In this document: in pieces, positions 25,196-38,003 of the stretch | Position numbering within the stretch: the first letter of the stretch is position 1 | How the letters are laid out: the number at the start of each line of letters is the position of its first letter | Assembly (NCBI GenBank): GCA_012295275.1 | Contig: CM022673.1 | Location: 1,984,001-2,048,000 of the forward strand | Reading direction: 5' to 3' | DNA: 64,000 bases | Source: Chrysomallon squamiferum | Taxonomy: Eukaryota > Animalia > Mollusca | The notes under the pieces: generated by a model | Told to the model about the DNA's origin: nothing | The model's input: only the letters and a program-made list of their open reading frames with translations | Database searches by the model: none | Position numbers and translations under genes: made by a program

Positions 25196-26864
25196 AAATA
25201 CAAAACAAACCCAAACAAACAAATAAAAAGGTCAAGTCTTGCGATCCATTATTCTTTATATAGTTTTCTGAAAATCTGCAATGCACTATTCAAAAGAACA
25301 CTTTCAGCTGTGTACCCTTCAATTTCAAATAATTTGTAACCATGTGTTAAAAAATTGACAAATTCAGCCCTCATATTTTAATCATTTCGGTGTAACAGTT
25401 TAATGATCCCAGTAAACAGTTTACAAACAGGTTTCCTGTAACTTACTGCAAGGGACTGGTCACCTAATATATTACTGGTGTATTCACTTCAGCTATTTAG
25501 CAAAATATCATTATAATAATAATTTAAAAAAATTCTATTTCTCTACTTTCAGACTCTGAAGACAAAACAAGTAATATTTACATTCTTACATCATCCATTG
25601 CCTACTTGGGTGACCCAGGTCAAAATATCATCAATCCAGAAAACAAGGCTAGTTATTTACAAAGACTTTACAAAATGTCATTATAAGAAACAAAAAAAAA
25701 TAAGAAAAAATGTTCTGGTTCTCTACGTTTAGTCTCTGAAGAAAAAAAAAAAAAAAAAAAAAAAATTATTAAAGAATATGCATTAGGTTTACAGTTTCCT
25801 AAGTCAGTGTTTTGTTTTACTTAACAAACACAAATACAAAAAGTTCTACAACTTGTCACAGTCTAATCATTAATAATATATATTTGGCACAAAGATATAT
25901 ACACAAAAAACAGCAAAGAGAATATCAGAGAAGTTTTAGTCTTTATGAATTGTTAACAATAACAATAACAATAGTAATAACAACAATAATGGAATAATAA
26001 AAATAATAATATAATGAAAAGTTCTTTTACTCAAAGAAAACACATTTTAATTACAAAGTCCTGCCACAAATTATTTTTATAAAACAAAATAATATTTATA
26101 AAGTTGTTATTATCAACATTATCATTATTGTTGTTGTTATTATTAAATCACATCATCTCAGTGTTACCCATTTTCAAATGAATAATGAATTTAACACTAT
26201 CACTGTTCTCTTGTTAAATGCTGTTTATCAATAACAAAATAAAACAAATTATAATTAATTAAGCTACTTGATAAAGAAACCAGTAAAACAATACCACTTA
26301 CATTTCAACTCTCCATTTCAAAAATGAGAATGGGATAAAAAATAACACATTATAATATTAGGTTTTAGTGACCTTCATATTTGACATCTGCTTTAAGTAT
26401 GAACACAGTGGCAAATATACATACATACATATATATATATGTAATTATTATTTTTAATATGCAGTATAATGCATGAATACAGCATCTGATGGATTTATAA
26501 TGAATCAGAAATTTAAACAAATTTTTATCTTCCTGGGATTACTGTTTTTGAAAGCAAAGAATGAACTATTAACAATAATATATCATAAGCCTAATATCTG
26601 CTAATTTTCTTTATTTCTATTTTATAACATCTGTTCATGACAAATGATTTTAAATAACTGGTATCATCAACTATTATCCAAACTGAAATTACTTCTAATA
26701 TCTTTCTAACAATTTAAATGAATTTGTTAAACATAAATTCCATATAAATGGTATATAAGTAAAAAGAAACAAGAATTATTTTCAAAATTTTTATTATTAT
26801 AAAATTTAACAATTACAAAGCTTATTTCAATCAAAACATGCTCTGTTCAAATCATGATTTCTGA

Positions 26865-26898
<34 letters not shown>

Positions 26899-27509
26899 AA
26901 ATAAATAAATAAATATGAGAGTAATATTCACTATAATTTACAGGAGCAGATTCTAGCTGTGCAATGACAGTATTGCATTCTGGAATGATGGACAAGTGTC
27001 AGATTTTTTATTTTTTAAAGAAACCCACTGGGCCATTTCTTATTCCAAACAGAGCACAATAAATGGCTCCTCTGTGGTTTTGCCCATTCTAACCAGAGGT
27101 CTATGAACAGTTCCACTGGTCTGTGGTTACCCAGGCCTATGACTGGAAGCACTGTATTATTTCCCTGAACACTGTCATCAGTCCACCTTTACCCATTCTA
27201 GCAAGAATGCTATGTCTCCTGTTATTTTTCTCAATATGGCTTCCATGGGTTCTTTCCTATGGTAACCAGATATTTCATAGATCATGGTTTTTTAACCACT
27301 CCATGGGAAGGTGCACATGAAAGATTACTTGCTGCTAATGACTAAAAATAGCCAAGGCAAAGATGGCAGTGAGATTGTTAGACCACAGTATAATAATTTA
27401 CACTGAAGTCAAGTTTGATACGTAATTACCATTAATGATAAACTATGCTGAGTGGTCTGTGAACATGTATTTTAATTCATTATTATTTTAATCTACAGTT
27501 ATCAATAAC

Positions 27510-27577
<68 letters not shown>

Positions 27578-27590
27578 CAACAATAATAAT
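27510..27590. repeat. (AAT)n microsatellite (similar runs at 10456-10523, 20180-20232, 36580-36640)
   Basis: Perfect trinucleotide run. Confidence 0.95.
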
Positions 27591-29915
27591 TTTAATTCTT
27601 GTTTCTTTCTTGTCACATTTTTCTAGTAATTTATATCTCATTCAGTTATGTATAAAAAGCATACATAAAAGTTCTCTATGTGAAATAAATAAAACATTGA
27701 AAAGACTGAGTAAAACATTGCAAAATTGACAGAGATTTAGTCTGTGAGGACTTTTTTACATTTAAATGAATGAAATGGTGCGATAAAAAGACTTAATTGT
27801 TAGACATGCATCTCCTTGAGCTAGTTGTATTTTTTATTGCAAATATTTATTAACAGCCAAAGAATGGCAACAATGAGAAATAATATTTAAATTTAGAAGC
27901 ATATGTAGTACATTTTTACTATTTTTTGGAAACCAATAAAAGATAAACTTTAATGATTAGACAAAAAATATTAATATTTTGACAATTAATGACTTTTACA
28001 AAAAACAATTGCAAAAGAAAAATAATAATAATTATAAAAAGTCATACAACGCTCAAAATAAACAAAAACAAAAATTAATAAACATGAAGTGTTCATTAAC
28101 CAGAGCATATTTTATAACTTTTTACAACAAAAATTTAAAAAATCACTATTGTTGCCACTTTAACAAGTAGAGTACAACAAAATATTCCACTTTACTGATT
28201 TTACAAATGCCTGCAAATCAGTTTCATCGAAAAATAAATAAATAAATAAATAAATAAATAAATGTTTAATATTTTTGATAAATATGTATTTAATATATAA
28301 ATTTTACCCTTGTGAAAATACAGTTGTGAAATATATATAAATACTAACTTGAATCCACTGCATATACAGAAATCAATTATACTACCATTTGTAGAAAGCT
28401 GTTATTATGAAGAAGGCCACAAATTTCAAGAGCTACATACTAATATTAACTAAAAGAATGAGGCACTTTCTACCAATGCACTAAAAAAACAGAAATAGTA
28501 GATCATGTGAAAAACAGAAGAAAAAAAAGAAGTACCAATGTCAGTGATAGGTTTGGTTATTATTTATTTATTTATTTATTTACTTACTTTTATGCTGCAA
28601 ATGTCCAACTGATAATGTAGATCTAACTGTATACACAGTCAAGCAAATGTACTAAAATAATAAATGTTAAACCACTTCTATCAGATATGGCTATACTGAG
28701 TATGTATTTGTATTAATAAATGAAAAACTCATTAAATGTTTGTTGTTAAAGTCCAGATCATCATAAACAAACACAATTAAAGTATTAACTTGACAAATCT
28801 GTTATTATTCATGACAAAAAATACATTCATGACATAAATATATTCTTAACTTTAAAAAAAAATCATGGCACCAAAATCATAATGTATTTAAAAAAAAAAA
28901 AAAATAATAATAATGAATAAAAAAAAAATTATTAAAAAAAATAAATAAATAAATAAATAAAACTATAACAAAATACAATAAAATCAAATAAAAATAAAAT
29001 TAATAATTTTTTTATACTGATGTAACAGGTCATCAATGGCTTAACAAACCTCCCTCAAATCTGTACATACCAACAAGAGCAGACTTTAACAGCATTAACA
29101 TGAGCAAAAACAACACCTACGTTTAAGTGAAAAATTAATAAGTGTAGAGTTAGTCTAACAGATAAATATAAACACAAAAATTCACTCTTTGTTTAGCAGT
29201 GTAAACCTACATGAACACATAATAACAGTAACAGAAAAAGGTCACAAAAAATTGGTCCACATTTCATTGACACAGTGAGCTTTGCAACATCATATATTAG
29301 TGAGTTGCAGAAGAAAGGACAGACTGCATATCAACAGAATAAAAGAATTAAACATTTGATGCCATCTGTACAAGTATCTTACATTCTTGTCCCCAAAACA
29401 TCATTTATTCCTTAAACAAGCATTTTTATGATATATGTTTATATATTTTCCAAAGATGACTAGGAACTGAGACATATATGTAGAAATGATTTATTTATGT
29501 TTGACCAGAAAAATGGAAAAGAGGAGATACTTTTTGATGAAAAAAAAAAAAAGAAAAGAAAAAGAAATGCTGTATTTTTTATTCAAATTTTTTTTAATGA
29601 ATAATAAATAGCAAATTAAATAACAGTGTATGCACCAATGTCATTTTTACATATATTAATTTAACCAAAATATATGCACAAATAAGCTTATTAAAAAAAA
29701 AAAAATTTATAAACCTGCTTTTTTTCTTTTCTTTAACCCCAAAAAAAAAAAATGCATATTCATAAATATTTATTAATTAATTTATATTTTAAATGTATTT
29801 TTGTATGCCTTTTTCAAAAGAAAAAAATTATGCATATATGCCAATTCAAAAACAAATTTATATAAAAAAAAATTAAAAAATTAAACACAAAGTGATGCAT
29901 AATCAAATGTAAAAC

Positions 29916-29948
<33 letters not shown>

Positions 29949-30344
29949 GAATATGAGTAAGTTTTTTGATAAGAATCTTAATTAATTCTCATGATAATAT
30001 GCTTGTGGAGCTGCAGTGTGTTGTATGAGATCAGTTATTCAAATTGCACTTTGTTTTATCTCCTCCCGTTCTTTTTAAAATTGCACAGAACAGAAAAACC
30101 AAACTACCCAATAAATTATTACTTCAAACAAATTATTATCATATTAAACCATCTACAGTTTTTCAAAAGAGAAAAGGAAAAAAGTACTGAAATCAAATTC
30201 AACTTTACTATTAGCTGTAAAATACATGGAACTAATAAGAATGTCTATTTTTAAGGCTACAGATTACTGTGTAAATATTATTAATATTTTTTTTTTTTTT
30301 TTTTTTTTTTCTGAAATCACATTAATCTCTATTTTTATTCTGAT

Positions 30345-30480
30345 TTAGATCTTTCAGGAAAGGTTTGTATCTCCATTTGGATCTTTAGCAGAAGATTATA
30401 TATCCATTTTGATCCTTAACAAAAGTTTATACTTCTGTTGGATCTTTAACAGAACACCTATATTTCTACTTGATCTTTTA
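30345..30480. repeat. Degenerate minisatellite, about 31 bp x 4-5
   Basis: Recurrent tt(g)gatcttta.ca.aa. Confidence 0.7.
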
Positions 30481-30699
30481 ATAAATTAATATAAAATCAC
30501 CAAAATCATGTTTCATTTTAAATCTTTTAAAAGCAAAGTTTACTTTGCCTAATATCTTTACACAATAAAGTATTTCCTCATTCAAGAATCAAATTAACTT
30601 CCTTAGTGCCTACTAAAAACAGATTCTATTTTTACATTAAACTAATATGCTTATTGTTGAATATTTTGAAACCTAAGGCTATCTGTCTCAGTTTCATCT

Positions 30700-31260
30700 G
30701 ACAACAGATTTTATGAAAACAAACTGTATTATTGCATATTACAGACTAACACACATTCACACAGATGCTTTTAAAAACTAGGCCTATTTCACTATTATGT
30801 TTTAACATACAAGTGTATTAACAAACTAACAGGCTTTCACATATATGCATTTAAAAAATCAGGCCTATTTGGCAACGCATTTTTTGATGTTTAATGTCAA
30901 ACTGTATTATTACATTTAACAATCTAAAACATGTGTGTTTAAAAACCAGACCCATTTCACTGTTCTGCTTTAACATCCAAATGGATTATCATAATTAACA
31001 AACCAACAGGCTTTCACATACATGTGTTTAAAAATCAGGCCTATTTGGCTGCGTAACTTTTAACATACAAGTGTATTATCATATTTAACAATCTAACACA
31101 TGTCTACACAGATGAATTAAAAAACCAGGCCTATTTTGCTACGAATCTTTTAACAGACCTGTCTATATTATCCTTATTTAACAATCTAACACACTTATTG
31201 ATGCATTTAAAGATTAAGCTCATTTCACTGTGTATCTCTTAACATCAAACTCTATTACAA
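30700..31260. repeat. Degenerate tandem repeat, about 70-90 bp x 6-7, just 3' of the ORP8 stop codon
   Basis: Recurrent aaaaa.caggcctattt...tttaacat.caa.tgtatta...tttaacaatctaaca. Confidence 0.8.
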
Positions 31261-31360
31261 TTTTAAACACCAAAGTTTGTTACCACTTTAAACAACAAAG
31301 TATGTTACCATTTTGAAGAAAAAACCCAAAACAAACGGAACAAATTCATATATATCTGCA

Positions 31361-31593
31361 CTATCTGAAGTACCACTGTAAGAAAACTTGAAAAGTTAAC
31401 ACAATGGCTAACAAGATCCATTCTTTGCTCATAGAAAAAATGTCTGATGTCCGACTCTCTGATATCTGCCTGTGCAGCAGCTTCAGCGATTCTCTGATCT
31501 CCTGCTGGGTCTGAAACATGGGCTCCAATATTTTTGATAACTTATCTTCAGGAGATCGACATTTCACCAGGGACCCTCTTTTGTTTGCAGAAA
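31361..31593 (-). CDS. OSBPL8: ORP8 last coding exon: coiled segment + C-terminal TM anchor (…EWILLAIVLTFQVFLQWYFR*)
   Basis: ttttttcag acceptor, phase 1, QTQQEIRESL coil, terminal hydrophobic helix typical of ORP5/8. Confidence 0.92.
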
Positions 31594-31929
31594 CTGAAAA
31601 AAACACAACAACACCATAACAATAATAATCATGACAGTAAAATAAAATAAATTAAAAAAACATTATCACACAACCATTTTAATAATTCAGACTACAAAAT
31701 ATGTATGGTAAATATATCTGATACATTTAAATTATTGTTTTTTGTTGCATCTTTTTGTTTTTGTTTTTTCTTTTTTTGACTTAGTTAAATTTTCTATATA
31801 TTATTTTTTGTTTAATTTAAATCTGAAATTTATTAACATTTTGAAAATATAGATATATTAGGGTCACGTTTTATACAGAGATGTGATATGTTGAATTTAG
31901 TATTTTATGTAGAAATTGTTTTTTTTTTT

Positions 31930-33100
31930 AAAAAGCTGTAAAAAAATCTGTTTGATAATATAAAAATCTTAAACACTATCAAATCTGTTTAGTAATACAA
32001 AAACATTTGTAACAATTTACTTAGATTATAAAATTATTGAAAACACTATCAAAAATCTATTTATTAATATAAAAAATTAAAAACTATTAAAAATTTGCTT
32101 AGTAATATAAAATATTTTAAATACTATTAAATCTGTTTAGTAATACAAAAAAATTAAAACAGGATTAAAATTCTGTTTATTATTTATAAAAGATTTAAAA
32201 ATATCAAAAATCTGCTTAGTAATAACATAAAAGATTTAAAACAGTATTAAAAATCTTAATAATATCAAAGATTAAAAAGACTATTAAAATTGTGCTTAGT
32301 AAAATAAAAAATTTAACACACTATTAAAATCTTGTCTTGTAATAATATAAAAGATTTAGAAACACAATTAAAAATAAGCTTAGTAATAAAAAACACGATT
32401 AAAGATCTGCTTAGTAATATTCAAAAGATTCAAAACACTATTAAAAACTACTTAGCAGTAACATAAAAGATACAAAAACACAATTAAAAATCAGCTTAGT
32501 AATATAAAAGATATAAAAAAACTATTAAAAATATGCTTAGTAATAATATAAAAGATTTAAAAAACAATTAAAAATATGCTTAGTAATATAATAGATTTAA
32601 AAACTATTAAAAATCTGCTGAGTAATAATATAAAAGATTTAAAACACTATGAAAATCCGCTTAGTAATATAAAAGATTTACAAAACTATTAAATATAAAA
32701 GATAGGAAAACACAATTAAAAATCAGCTTAGTAAAATTATAAAACACTATTAAAAAACTGCTTAGCAATATAAAAAATACTATAAAAAATCAACAGAGTA
32801 ATGTTGTAATATAGTTCAAAAGCTGTTAAAAATCTCCTTAGTAACAAAATATTTAAAGCAATTAAAAAAAACTATTAAAAATCTGACTTAATAATATAAA
32901 AAAAACCTATCAGAAATCTATATAATATTAATAAAAAGACTATTAAAAATGTACTTATATATATATATATTAACTCTAAAATCTACTAATATTAATAAAT
33001 AGACTATTAAAAATCAACTTAATAATATATATACATATATAACTCAAACATCTACTTAATATTAATAAAAAGACTATTAAAAATGTACTTAATAATACTA
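31930..33100. repeat. Degenerate AT-rich minisatellite, about 35-42 bp x 25-30, in the last ORP8 intron
   Basis: Recurrent aaacactattaaaaatctgcttagtaatataaaagattt. Confidence 0.85.
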
Positions 33101-33115
33101 AAAATGTGTTCCTAC

Positions 33116-33374
33116 CGGCTCGACTGTCTGAGGAGTCGCTGTCCTGACACTGTTCTTGTGATGAACTGCCGCTCTCTGCCTTGTGGCTCTTGGAGCTAAT
33201 TGACGGGCGAATTCGCAGCTGGGTCCTGGGGTAGTCCTTCTTGCTCTCGATGTCATGCAGACTGGTGATGCTGAGGGAGCGTGCACTGTGGGAGTCTTGT
33301 GGCGAGTGTGTGTCCTGATGATGAAGTCCTTCTCGTACTGGATCACGTCGTTGATCGGATCCCAGGGTCGCATG
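33116..33374 (-). CDS. OSBPL8: ORP8 penultimate exon (D-MRPWDPINDVIQYEKD...HKTPTV / frame switch / ARSLSITSLHD...ESGSSSQEQCQDSDSSDSRA) with apparent 1-nt deletion near 33284
   Basis: ctccag acceptor, gtagga donor; 259 nt where 260 are needed for phase 2 to 1. The RPWDP motif is in one frame and the Ser-rich ORP8-like tail in the other. Confidence 0.85.
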
Positions 33375-33869
33375 CTGGAGGACAATTGGGGTTTTTGAGT
33401 TATAATAATGATGATGATGATGATGTTGATTAGGATGATAATTATTGTTGTGATTGTTATTGTTATTGTTATCATCATCATCATCATCATCATTATTATT
33501 ATTATTAATATTACTGTTAAAATAATAAAATAATAAAAAATAATGATAATAATGATAATAATAATAATATTAATAATAATGTTGGTTCTATTGCCATAAA
33601 TAAAAAGTTGATTATCATTCACCTCCTGATTGAAGCTTCCATGATGAATTGGTCTATTTATTACCTGAACCATTATCATTATTATTATTGTTGTTGTTGT
33701 GGTTATTTATTATTAACTTCAAAGTAGCAACATATATATAGCCGTAATTAATTATTTAATCAATTTACATTTATTATCAACAACAGTAAGTAATCAGGTT
33801 TAAAACAACACAACAACAAAAACGACACGAATCTGTCACAGTACTGTAAGAATTTGAAAAATGACTGAC

Positions 33870-34055
33870 TCAATTTGCTTGTAAACCCAGCTGGCTGACA
33901 CATGGTCTCGTTCAAACAGTTCTGGCACCCATTCCTCCATCTTGCTCTTCCTCTCCTTGGCATCCTGTCTCTGTTTCTCCTCCAGGTAAAACTTCTCCTC
34001 GGTTGCCAAGTTCATGTCTCCACTGATCACAGCCTCGCTGACTTTTCTCCACAAA
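33870..34055 (-). CDS. OSBPL8: ORP8 ORD exon (LWRKVSEAVISGDMNLATEEKFYLEEKQR...WVYKQI-D)
   Basis: 186 nt, phase 2-2, conserved ATEEK..LEE.QR motif. Confidence 0.94.
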
Positions 34056-34880
34056 CTGAAACAGTTCAGTAATAAACAGGGTCTTAAGAACATGGGATGA
34101 TGATGATAATAATAATTAATCAGATTTCTTTAGTAGCATAGCAATAGTAGTAGTAGCAGTAGTATCAGCACTAATAACAGAAGCAGTTGTATGTTTATAT
34201 AAAATGGTTTGATAAAATGCCATTATTTCACAGTCTAAATTTGTACATTAAATATCCTAATAGGACTGCTTTTATTGGAGCATAAAAATATATTTTTTTT
34301 TAACTTAAATATTTTCTACCATGATTTTTAACATGTTGTATTTAAGATCCATGGCAACAGTTCTAAATAATTTTATTTCAAGTTCACAGATTCCGTAAAA
34401 TCTATACATTTAATGTAACAATACAAAACAATTGCAGATGTAAAATCTTTGGCCGATTCCCTAACCAAATCTTTTCAATTCAGAGTAAAAGGTCTAAAAA
34501 GAGGTTCTATCTCATCATTTTTAAAATCGAAAACCCAAACTTTGAAATGTGATATTACCTGAACTAATGATCTAATGCCATAAAATAGTTTACATTTCAA
34601 ATTTCTCACCTATAATGAACAAAACTGCCAAGTTACAGTAAAATCTGATAGGGAAGGGATTATTATTATTTTTTTAAATCTGGGTAATCTAATGGCGACT
34701 GAACCTAAGTCATCATATACTGATAGTTCTAAAATTCCCTTACCCATTGTGTAACAAATGTATTATATTTTATTATGATATATCAAGTTACACTAACTGT
34801 TACTTGACATATAAAAATATTAAGGACAAAATGCTGTTACAGAGTTTATTTTTCTATCAGCAGAGTTTACAACAACTCAC

Positions 34881-34981
34881 TTTTCAGACTCCATTTCTTC
34901 TTGTATTTCTAGCGGAACAGTGAATCTCTTCAGTCGCTTAGATTTCACTTCAGGTGTGGGATTCCAAAATAAATCTTCCTC
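34881..34981 (-). CDS. OSBPL8: ORP8 ORD exon (EEDLFWNPTPEV...EMESE-N)
   Basis: 101 nt, phase 0-2, gtgagt donor; AAG acceptor. Confidence 0.9.
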
Positions 34982-35801
34982 CTTAACAATAATTAAAATT
35001 AATTAATATAAAACTGGTACTTTATAAATGATGCCTCCCCTTGAACAAGTCATAATTAAATTAATTAATATAAACATATACTTTATAAATAAATTCAAAA
35101 ATACTTCCTTCAGATGAATAAATAATTAAATTAACATAAAAATTATACTTTAGTCTTTACAAATAATATAAATAAATACTAAAACAACTCCTTTTCCTGA
35201 ATTACATTTGCCAGATAAAACATCTGGAACATGTACCATTATTATTATTATTATTAACTTTACAGTAGCAATATATATTGAGCCATAATTAATTATTTAA
35301 TTAATTTACTTTTATTATTAACAACAGTAATCATATTTAAAATAATACAACAAGTGATAATTAAATTAATTAATTATATTACTGAAGTTTTATAAATAAA
35401 TTTTAAAAATTCAAAATAATAAACATTTCAAATAATTTAAAACTGATTCTTTATAAATAATATTAATAAATACCAAAACAATATATACCCTCAGAGATGA
35501 AATAATCAAGTTAATTAATATAAAACTGTTGCATATCAAATAATTCAAAAATTAATTCCTTCTCCTAAAGCCATTAATTAAGTCATTTAATTAACACAGA
35601 TCTTAAATTAATTTTCAAAAACAATTCCTTCTCCTAGAGAAGTACTAAGCAAATTAATTAAATCTAAAGTCAAATTAATTAAGAGTTTTGTTGAATTACA
35701 TGTTTTTACATATGACAAATGTTTGTCTGTCAAATCTGAAGTCTGTTGGATCAACAGTTTTGTTGCATTATTCAAATTGTATGAGATATAAAACTACTTA
35801 C

Positions 35802-35927
35802 TCCTTTATCCTTCTCTTTTATAAAGATTTCCTGGTCCCAGTGACCCTCTATAGTGGCCAGGGTGTCAGTTCCCACCTTTAGTTTGCCCACAATTCGATT
35901 AGAAGCTTCACCACTTCCCAGGAAAGG
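35802..35927 (-). CDS. OSBPL8: ORP8 ORD exon (PFLGSGEASN...IEGHWDQEIFIKEKDKG)
   Basis: 126 nt, phase 0-0, gtaagt donor. Confidence 0.94.
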
Positions 35928-36450
35928 CTGCAAGAAAATAGTAAAATTTGAAAAAATTATTTAAGTATCATTTGGTTCTACAGACCTTTCCTAGACATAA
36001 GTAACTAGCTAACTGCAGTGATGCAATGTTCTGAAAACTTTACTGTTTAATCTTGTTATTTTCTAAATCAGCACCCTTGTAAGTGTTTGTGAAATAAAAC
36101 CCCCAAAACCCCTCAAAAACCTGTATTAATCCTAATCTTTGGAATTCAAGATGCATTATCAAAATAGACAGAATAAAGCAAATTATATAAGTAAATTACC
36201 TACCATCAATAATTTCAGCTTTTTAATTTAATTGACTATTGCTATTTTCAGAAAAGAAGCCATCTAAAATAACTTGGTTGATTTTTTTAATTATGATTTA
36301 CTTTCTGTTCTAACTTCTATAAACGTTTAACCATACAAATTCAGTCATTTTTTTCTTAATATATTTAATCCATGTTAGTTAGTTGATATTATCAGAATAA
36401 CTAAAACTGTGCTGTGTCAATGAGTGTTTAATTTCAGTTTTATTTAATAC

Positions 36451-36548
36451 CTTTAGTTTAAACTCCAGTTCAGCTCTGTACCCTGTCTTTGGACAGTCAA
36501 TAGACACCTTACCTCCCATCTCCATTGTCAGAGTCCCTATCAGAATTC
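36451..36548 (-). CDS. OSBPL8: ORP8 ORD exon (G-ILIGTLTMEMGG...AELEFKLK)
   Basis: 98 nt, phase 1-0. Confidence 0.95.
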
Positions 36549-36578
36549 CTGGAAAAATAAATAAATAGAAAATAAAAC

Positions 36579-36642
<64 letters not shown>

Positions 36643-36767
36643 GTCATGATCATGATTATAATAATAAAACTAATAATAATAACAACAGGAACGATAATAA
36701 TGACAATGACAATAACAATATGATAATTTTAAGTTTGATGTTGATGAACGTGATTGATCAGGTTTTA

Positions 36768-36798
<31 letters not shown>

Positions 36799-36919
36799 CT
36801 GGAATTTAAAATAAGAAAAACTTGATTTTACACCAATTCACTTGTAGTGGAGATTAAAGGCATGCTGCCCAGTTGTGACTGATGTAACTGAAATTTAATT
36901 TATGAACAACTAAATCTAC

Positions 36920-37018
36920 CTTTGCAGTGAGCGTATGGCATTGTAATATGGTAGTCCTCGCCTCGCTTTAAGAAAGACAGCCTGACGCTGCTGTCAAGCA
37001 CAGCAGACAGAGAGTTTC
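36920..37018 (-). CDS. OSBPL8: ORP8 ORD exon (G-NSLSAVLD...TMPYAHCK-G)
   Basis: 99 nt, phase 1-1. Confidence 0.95.
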
Positions 37019-37049
37019 CTGTAAACAAAGACAAAAGCTCATTAACAGA

Positions 37050-37330
37050 GCATTTCGAAGAACTAAGTTATTTTATTTAAATCAAACAAACGTATTACTG
37101 CAAAAAGATAAAACAAACAAAAAACAAACAAGAAAAAAACCCCAGTATTTCAAAGAATTGTTATTTTAATTTAAATGGAAGAAACTTATTACTGCTAAAA
37201 GATAAAACAAACAGAGCAAACAAAATAAAACCAAAAAAATGCAAGAAAAAAACCACAACAGCATTTCAAAGAATCTAATTATTTTACTTTAAATAAAACA
37301 AATTTATTTCTGCTGAAAGACAAGAGAAAC
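37050..37330. repeat. Three diverged tandem copies, about 95-115 bp
   Basis: atttc.aagaa...ttatttta.ttaaat..aa.aaac.tattactgc.aaaaga.aa at about 37051, 37147 and 37262. Confidence 0.7.
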
Positions 37331-37695
37331 GTAAATACATTTTGTAAGCATGTATGGATATCTTCTTTTTATCCTGTTACATAACAGTGTAAAACAAATC
37401 TTAATAAACTGAGCAAACTATAGCAAGGCTACTCAGATATTCATTTGTTTTTTTCTTGCTTTTTTTAAATTTTCAAATCTTTTTATTTTCATAGTAAGGA
37501 CCCATCTCTTCTAATATTAAAATAGTTTAAAAAACAACAAGTTTGTTTGGGTATATGGAGGTGATGAAATTTTCTTTCTTAAGGTGATATTGTTTTGTTA
37601 ATAGAAATGTGAAAACAAATCTTAACAGACTCAGTAAATTATTATAAAATTTGATAAATCCTCTACATAGATTTCCTTTGGGGTTTTCAGTAAGA

Positions 37696-37726
<31 letters not shown>

Positions 37727-37906
37727 ATTTTATTTTATTATTATTTTTTAAACATTCAAAATAATAATAGTAATAATAAAAGGATAAATGCAGAATTTTA
37801 AATATATAACAGACGTTAAGGAAAAAATAAAGAACAGAAGTAAAAACTAATTTTGAATTTAAAAAAATAAAAAATAAAAAATAAAAAAAATAGAAAATAT
37901 ATATAC

Positions 37907-38003
37907 CATAGAATTTGGACTTGGCAAGAACACTGGTGCTAATATTAAATCCATCTTTTCTGTTTGTAACATGGAATGCAGTCACAGGGGGATGATGTGA
38001 TAT
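37907..38003 (-). CDS. OSBPL8: ORP8 ORD exon with OSBP fingerprint (EQ)ISHHPP
   Basis: 97 nt, phase 0-1. Confidence 0.96.

Noticed and set aside
33270-33300. Programmed -1 ribosomal frameshift, or a micro-intron starting at ACA|gtgcac, as the explanation for the frame switch
   Set aside because: No X XXY YYZ slippery heptamer is present. The GT is a poor donor, there is no polypyrimidine acceptor at a plausible distance, and the intervening sequence looks coding.
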